From Candidatus Krumholzibacteriota bacterium (GTDB lineage: Bacteria > Krumholzibacteriota > Krumholzibacteriia > JAJRXK01): 64,000 nt of DNA. The position numbers were made by a program, and so were the translations under genes. The stretch lies in contig CAVXTH010000007.1 in NCBI GenBank assembly GCA_963764625.1, forward strand, positions 1 through 64,000, in the 5' to 3' direction. The notes under the pieces were generated by a model. That model was not told the DNA's origin, searched no databases, and was given only the letters and a program-made list of their open reading frames with translations. Shown here in pieces: positions 58,628 through 64,000 of this stretch. How positions within the stretch are numbered: position 1 is the first letter of the stretch; every line of letters begins with the position of its first letter.

Positions 58628-59215
58628 TCAGGGGTTCCCGTATCCCGACTTGATCACGCCCCAGGAGGGCTGCGTCGTTTCCACCCCGGCGCAGTCGGTG
58701 TCATTGTAGTCGTAGAAACCATCGCCGTCGTTGTCCAACCCCTTGCGATCACCGTTGTAATCCTCGCCGCCGTTGTTCTTGCCGATGGCGCACGGCTGGG
58801 TGAGGTTCACATCGGTGCGGGAGTAGTAGGCGGGCAAGGTGGTCTCCGGCGGAGGCGTCCCGTCCCCGGAGTGGCAGCTGCTGCAGACCGTGATGCCGTG
58901 GTCCGTGGCGTGGGCCAGTCTCAGTCCCTCGCCCATGTGACACCCGTTGCAGCCGTGGTTGGCGTCTGCAGCGCTGGCATCCGTGTGGGGACTGCCGAAA
59001 CCGGTATAGTGACAGAGATTACAATTGTTCGTCATCTGACTGCCGCCGACGTGGAGGTCGTGCAGTGCTCCTCGGCTTTGGAAGCTGAGGTGGCAGTTCA
59101 CGCAACCGCCGCTGCCGGTGTCGGCGTAGGTTTCGTACGCGAACGCCGAGAGCGGAGTCAAGACTAAGGCGATGACCCCCAAGATCACAGCGCCGGCCAG
59201 GATCCTTTGGTTCAT
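58628..59215 (-). CDS. secreted tetraheme c-type cytochrome with acidic Ca-binding-like motif and SWGxIK tail
   Basis: RBS gaggagg; signal peptide ending AFA; CVNCH, CNLCH, CNGCH, CSSCH; DNDGDGFYDYNDTDC; ends VETTQPSWGVIKSGYGNP. Confidence 0.88.
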   Translation of the reverse strand: MNQRILAGAVILGVIALVLTPLSAFAYETYADTGSGGCVNCHLSFQSRGALHDLHVGGSQMTNNCNLCHYTGFGSPHTDASAADANHGCNGCHMGEGLRLAHATDHGITVCSSCHSGDGTPPPETTLPAYYSRTDVNLTQPCAIGKNNGGEDYNGDRKGLDNDGDGFYDYNDTDCAGVETTQPSWGVIKSGYGNP

Positions 59216-59261
59216 GGAATCCTCCTCGATTGGGTTCAGGGTCCAAAGGAAAGTAAGACCG

Positions 59262-60590
59262 CTAAATCCTAACAGAGGGGGTGGGGGTGTGGGAAGCGGA
59301 GCCTCCGGCGGCGCGGATCGCCAGGAAACGCGCCAAAACCACCCCGAGGACGGCGCCAAGGCCCAAGGAGAGGGCATCGGTCAGATCCGCGGTGCGCGCG
59401 GGTAAAAAAAGTTGTGCCGCCTCCAGCACCAGGCCGACCAAAAAGAACTCCAGACCCACCCGGCGCGGCGAACGCCGCGGCCATAGACCGAAGCTCAACA
59501 GCCCCAAAGGCACCCCCATGCCAAGCTCGCGCAGGAAGTCCGCCAGCGCCCCGAGTCCCAGGCGCTCGAAGTAGGGGAAAAAGGGAAGCCAGCGGCGCCA
59601 TTCCCAATGCGCGGCGTGGGGGAGAGACCACGCGAAGGGAGCGAGCCGTTCGATGAGGACCACGAAGAGCCACACCGAAAGGCCGGCCGCCGCCGCGCTT
59701 CTCTCGTTGGGCCCGCGCTCCATCCACAGAGCGCCGAGCAGCGCTCCCGCGAAGGCCAAGACGACCACCGTCAGGTCGGTTCCTCGTCCCACTACCGCCA
59801 ATTGACCGAGCTCGACGCAGAGCGCGGTCAGCGTTGCCCCGGACACTGCCACCAGCACTCGTCCCAAGGCCGCCTTCGGGTGGCTCTCGCGACGGCAGGC
59901 CCAGGCCAAGAACCCGCCCAGAAGGGAGAACCGGGCCACGTCCGCTAACCAGGCCAGAGGATCAGAAGCCACTGGCGCCCCGAGGAAGGTGCTGCCGAAA
60001 GGAATCAATCGCGCCCCTTTGAGCGCTCGCTTGAGATCGTCGACGTCGAGGCTGAAGTTGAAGGGAAGCGCGCCGGCCAGGATCCACACGAGCACCAGCG
60101 CGCCGGCCAGGAGCCGGTAGGGATGCAATGCCGCCTCTTTCTCGTACCGCGGTAGCGCGTACTTTTTGCCCCAGGCGTCCCAAATCCCTCCCGAGACCGC
60201 ACCCAGGCCCGCGCCCAGAGTGTTGGTGAGTACATCGCTCGCCGCGGTCGTGCGCAGGGGTGAGAAGAGCTGAAGCGTTTCCACCCCGAGGCTCAAGGCC
60301 AGTCCGTACCCCACGGAGTAGAGAAGCGAGGCAAGAGGAGTCCGACGCCGCCCGCGGATGGTCAGGAAGGCCAAGAAGCCCAAGGGGACGAAGAGAAGGA
60401 CATTGCTGAAGAGATCGGTGCGGCTCAGATGGTGCGCCGCCGAAAGGCCGAAAACCTGCAGCTGAGCGTGAGCCCAGCCCTGGGCGGCGGTTGCCGCGTC
60501 GAAGCGAAAGTCGAAGGGAATGGTCGTTCCATAGATGATGAAGAGAGCCCAGAGAACGAGCAGGATCGTGACCAGTCGCAGGCGGTGCAT
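59262..60590 (-). CDS. VanZ family multi-pass membrane protein
   Basis: NVLLFVPLG, ETLQLF..R...SDVLTNTLGA; similar E-x-x-Q..R...D motifs repeated twice more. Confidence 0.85.
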   Translation of the reverse strand: MHRLRLVTILLVLWALFIIYGTTIPFDFRFDAATAAQGWAHAQLQVFGLSAAHHLSRTDLFSNVLLFVPLGFLAFLTIRGRRRTPLASLLYSVGYGLALSLGVETLQLFSPLRTTAASDVLTNTLGAGLGAVSGGIWDAWGKKYALPRYEKEAALHPYRLLAGALVLVWILAGALPFNFSLDVDDLKRALKGARLIPFGSTFLGAPVASDPLAWLADVARFSLLGGFLAWACRRESHPKAALGRVLVAVSGATLTALCVELGQLAVVGRGTDLTVVVLAFAGALLGALWMERGPNERSAAAAGLSVWLFVVLIERLAPFAWSLPHAAHWEWRRWLPFFPYFERLGLGALADFLRELGMGVPLGLLSFGLWPRRSPRRVGLEFFLVGLVLEAAQLFLPARTADLTDALSLGLGAVLGVVLARFLAIRAAGGSASHTPTPSVRI

Positions 60591-60634
60591 CTTTTACTCC
60601 AGGCGTTGCCGGTTCCGTTCGTGAACGAGGTCTC

Positions 60635-62329
60635 TCAGGCCGGGGCAGGTTCCTCGAGGAAATAATTGAAATCCTCCGAGTCCTCCGCATGCAGAATCTC
60701 GTAAGCGTGGGCTGGGCTCTTCGCTCTGTAGAGCTGACGCTGCACGTTCAGATCGGAGCCGATGGCTCGGGCCATCGCGGCAATCACTTCCAGATGCCGC
60801 TCTCTCCGGTTCTGCGGAGTGGCCAAGAGGAGTACGCAGTGGATCGGTTCGCCGTCGGGCGCAGAGAACGCGAGCCCCTCGCGACTGATCCCCATGACCC
60901 CAACGATCTCCGGACCCTCCTCTAGAACACCGTGGGGAATGGCCAGACCATGCCCCACGCAGGTCGAGATCTCCTTCTCCCGTTCGAGCACGCTCGCAAG
61001 AAAGCGTTCTCGATTCAGGCCCACATGCGTGGTCGCCGCCAGATGGTCGACGAGACTGTCGATCGCCTCCTCGTAGGTGGACGCGCTCAGATTCACCACG
61101 ATGTGTTCTTCGTGCAAGAAGTCGATGAGGCGTGCGCGATCCTTCCCGACCTCGCCGGAACGAATCAGAGCAATCCGGGTCAAGATGGGACCGACAATTT
61201 CGTTGAGGGTGACCGAGGTGAGACCGACCGCGAGGAAGAGTTGGCTGATTTCGCGAAAACTGGGATCTTCCTGCACGATCAGCACCAGGCCCACCGCGAC
61301 CCCGGCTTGCGGCACCAGAGCCAGACCGAGGTTCGACCGGACTTTCCTCGGCGCACCCGCCAGCCGCATGGCCAGGCGTCCGGCGAGGAGCTTTCCCGCC
61401 ATCCGTACCACCACCACGATCAGCACCAGCAGCGCACTGGCTCTGAGGTAGCCGAAATCGAGCTCCATTCCGGCCACGGTGAAGAAGATGGCGAAGATCG
61501 CGCTCTCGAAGTTCACGAAGACGTTGTGGCCGATTTCATCCTTGTCGGGTGTGAAGTTGGCCAGGGCCATCCCCAAGAACAGGCAGGCCAGAAGCGATGA
61601 GAAACCCAGGAAATCAGCCAGACCCGCGGTGAGGAGGATGGCCGCCATCGACGCGGTGGCGAGTTGATCGCTTCGCACCAGTTTACGAGTGGCCAGAACC
61701 AGAATGGCGCCGATGCCAAAGCCAAGCCCCGCGCTGGACGCCAGCTCCAGGAGCGGCGCCATCAGAATCTCGTGAAGATGCGGCGACACGGCGGAGCCCA
61801 GGCTCACGTGGGCCGCGGTGTGGGCCATCTCGAAGAGTGCGATGCACGCGATGTTGTTGAGGGCTACCGCCGCCATGAGGGTCTTCACGAACACCCCCCG
61901 CGCGCGCGCCTCTTTCACGATGGCGACGATGGTGGCGGGAGCGGTGGAGACGGCCATGGCCGCGAGCAAGAAGGCGAAGCTCCAGGAGACGTCCGCCACG
62001 AAATAGACGGCAGTGAAGACGAGGAGCGGGGTGAGCGTCGACTCGAAGAGCAGCAACCAGAGCAATCGTCGGCGCGCATTGCGCAGGCGCTTGACGTTGA
62101 GATGATTTCCCACCGCGACGGCGATGAGTCCCAGGGCGAAGTTGGTAATGGGATGAAGCGAGTGGATGGCATCGATACTGGCCAGATCCAGAACGCTGGG
62201 ACCGATCGCCACGCCGGCGAGGATCTGTCCCGTCACGGCGGGCAGCCGCACGCGCCGGGCCAGCTGCCCGGAGAGCACACCCGCCACCAGGATGACGGCG
62301 AGCGTCAGAAGGGGAAAGGCATCCAGCAT
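60635..62329 (-). CDS. cation:proton antiporter fused to a PTS EIIA(Ntr/Fru)-like domain
   Basis: LPAVTGQILAG, STAPA, PQAGVAVGL membrane domain; C-terminal EREKEISTCVGHGLAIPH. Confidence 0.9.
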   Translation of the reverse strand: MLDAFPLLTLAVILVAGVLSGQLARRVRLPAVTGQILAGVAIGPSVLDLASIDAIHSLHPITNFALGLIAVAVGNHLNVKRLRNARRRLLWLLLFESTLTPLLVFTAVYFVADVSWSFAFLLAAMAVSTAPATIVAIVKEARARGVFVKTLMAAVALNNIACIALFEMAHTAAHVSLGSAVSPHLHEILMAPLLELASSAGLGFGIGAILVLATRKLVRSDQLATASMAAILLTAGLADFLGFSSLLACLFLGMALANFTPDKDEIGHNVFVNFESAIFAIFFTVAGMELDFGYLRASALLVLIVVVVRMAGKLLAGRLAMRLAGAPRKVRSNLGLALVPQAGVAVGLVLIVQEDPSFREISQLFLAVGLTSVTLNEIVGPILTRIALIRSGEVGKDRARLIDFLHEEHIVVNLSASTYEEAIDSLVDHLAATTHVGLNRERFLASVLEREKEISTCVGHGLAIPHGVLEEGPEIVGVMGISREGLAFSAPDGEPIHCVLLLATPQNRRERHLEVIAAMARAIGSDLNVQRQLYRAKSPAHAYEILHAEDSEDFNYFLEEPAPA

Positions 62330-62347
62330 CTTCGTTTCCCGGGCGCG

Positions 62348-63358
62348 CTACCAGCGCATGAGGACGGAACCCCAAGTGAATCCACTGCCGAAGGCGGAGC
62401 AAGCCACGAGCATGCCCTTCTTCAACACGCCGGCTTTTACCGCCTCGTCCATTCCGATGGGCAATGTGGCCGCGGTGGTGTTGCCATACTTCTGAATCGT
62501 GTTGAACACGCGCCTCGGCTCCGCATCGAGCGCCTGCGCAACCGCCTCGTTGATCCGAAGATTCGCCTGGTGGAAGAGGAAGAGATCGACCTCGTCCGCC
62601 GTCAAGTGATTGGCCTTCAGCGCTTCCCGAATGGAGTCAGGCATGAGTTTGACCGCGCTGATGTACACCCGGCGGCCGTCCATCTTGGGGAAATGCTCCC
62701 CTCGCTCCAGAGTCTCCGCATCGATCCACTGCGCTCCGTTGCCCATTCCCGGCGCCTTGGTCCACAACATGTCCGCATAACGTCCGTCGGCGTGGAGATG
62801 CGAACTCAGGATGTGCGAGTCCTTCGTGGGGTCCTTTACTTCGCAACTCTCCATCACGACCGCACCCGCGCCGTCACCGAAGAGCACGCCCAGGTCGCGA
62901 CCGCGGGGAGTCTTGTCCAGACCCTTGGAATGCAGTTCCGCTCCCACCACCAGGACACGATGGTACATGCCCGAGCGAATGAACTGGTCGGCCACGGACA
63001 TTCCGTAGATGAATCCCGTGCACTGTTGACGGATGTCCAGGGCTGCTACTCCCGGAAGCTCCAACTTGGCCTGCAGGAAGCAGGCGGTGCCGGGAAAGTT
63101 ATGATCGGGACTCAGAGTGGCGAGGATGATGAGCTCGAGGGTGGACTTGTCGATCCCCGCGCTTTCGACCGCGCGATTGGCTGCTTCCAAAGCGAGATCG
63201 GAAGTCGAACTCGACGCGTCCGCCCAAAATCTCTGTTCGATCCCCGTGCGCTGTCGAACCCACTCGTCACTCGTGTTCATCATTTCGCTGAGTTCGTCGT
63301 TGGTGACGACTCGGGGCGGGGCGTAGGAGCCGACACCGATGATGCGAGAACGATGCAT
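62348..63358 (-). CDS. fabH: 3-oxoacyl-ACP synthase III
   Basis: TSDEWVRQRTGI, QCTGFIY (Cys), LFGDGAGA, FHQAN (His), YGNT (Asn), FGSGFTWG. Confidence 0.93.
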   Translation of the reverse strand: MHRSRIIGVGSYAPPRVVTNDELSEMMNTSDEWVRQRTGIEQRFWADASSSTSDLALEAANRAVESAGIDKSTLELIILATLSPDHNFPGTACFLQAKLELPGVAALDIRQQCTGFIYGMSVADQFIRSGMYHRVLVVGAELHSKGLDKTPRGRDLGVLFGDGAGAVVMESCEVKDPTKDSHILSSHLHADGRYADMLWTKAPGMGNGAQWIDAETLERGEHFPKMDGRRVYISAVKLMPDSIREALKANHLTADEVDLFLFHQANLRINEAVAQALDAEPRRVFNTIQKYGNTTAATLPIGMDEAVKAGVLKKGMLVACSAFGSGFTWGSVLMRW

Positions 63359-63454
63359 GACAGCCTCTCCTTCTCGAGAGCCGAGTGGTTCGACCGAAGA
63401 CGATTTCATCCCATTTGGACGGAGCTGGCAAGGTCGAAGCCGAGACGCGTGGGA

Positions 63455-64000
63455 TCAGGAACCCTTCCGCTGGCTCTCCACCACCCTGACATGCCGACTC
63501 TCGGGTTCGACGGAAAGACTCACTTGCCCGTCCAGCATGCGAAGGAGATGACGGCCCGCGAGTTCATACCGCCAACCCTTCATGAGGGGGAGATCGTTCA
63601 CCGTGTCGTCATCTCCCCTCAGCCGCTCGATGAATCGCACCAGGTCCTTCTTGGTGGCGACATAGCTCGTGGCGATGCTCACCTTGCGGGTGATCTTGCG
63701 GAGAAACACCGAGAGTAGATCAGCCGTGAGCTGGATGTCTTGATCATCCTCGCGGATCGCGGGCAGCTTGGGCCACTCCGCCTTCGGCACTTCAGTCCCT
63801 TTGCGCACTGCCTCGATGATTTCCTCCCCGCTGCGGCTGATCTCGCGGCTGTGCAGGCGGCGCAGGAGGTGCAGGTCTTCCACCAATTTCGGTTGACGGC
63901 GCGAGAGGTCGATCAAGACGTCGTCGGCGACCACACGGTTTCTCGGCACGTTGCGATGGGCGGCGCTCCGCTCGCGCCAGTCGGCGAGTTCCCGAAGCAC
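63455..64000 (-). CDS. rnd: ribonuclease D, 3' portion (5' end outside the window)
   Basis: HRDC motif LRELADWRE..A..RNVPRNRVVADD and C-terminal GWRYELAG. Confidence 0.85.
   Translation of the reverse strand: MLRELADWRERSAAHRNVPRNRVVADDVLIDLSRRQPKLVEDLHLLRRLHSREISRSGEEIIEAVRKGTEVPKAEWPKLPAIREDDQDIQLTADLLSVFLRKITRKVSIATSYVATKKDLVRFIERLRGDDDTVNDLPLMKGWRYELAGRHLLRMLDGQVSLSVEPESRHVRVVESQRKGS

Noticed and set aside
59262-60590. Glycopeptide resistance cluster
   Set aside because: VanZ-like domains are widespread and no vanHAX/vanRS genes are present
61664-63718. 684-aa plus-strand ORF and other long antisense ORFs (e.g. 5712-7052, 39926-41194, 53711-55147)
   Set aside because: They lie antisense to better-supported genes and lack motifs; expected shadow ORFs in high-GC DNA

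Overview
GC-rich bacterial DNA with about 50 genes. The FlgD-Ig/T9SS-like C-terminal domains, a C25-family protein and recurring C-terminal S-W/L-G/S-x-L/I-K tails suggest an FCB-related candidate lineage such as Krumholzibacteriota, Latescibacterota or Eisenbacteria (inference only). I saw no rRNA, tRNA, CRISPR array, IS element or prophage. The left part (0-20 kb) is rich in secreted proteins: an operon of an outer-membrane beta-barrel, a 1899-aa TANFOR-like protein and an FN3 protein; a fibre-like protein pair; an ECF43-type sigma factor with a Ser/Thr kinase; and a BNR beta-propeller protein. The middle (20-35 kb) and right (46.7-64 kb) parts are mostly housekeeping: desaturase, transporters, GT4s, acyl-CoA dehydrogenase, corA, pepD, an RND pump, fabH and rnd. 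An accessory block at 35.9-46.7 kb holds an apparently inactive gingipain-like protein, a duplicated and decayed CTD cassette, and a divergent locus. That locus has an ECF sigma/anti-sigma/TM/TPR fusion facing a TPR-CHAT caspase-like protease, an orphan protein and a divergent subtilase. The best candidates for undescribed systems are this CHAT/subtilase/sigma locus, the barrel-passenger operon, and the short C-terminal tail shared by three unrelated secreted proteins, one of them a tetraheme cytochrome. Several frameshifts could be sequencing indels.
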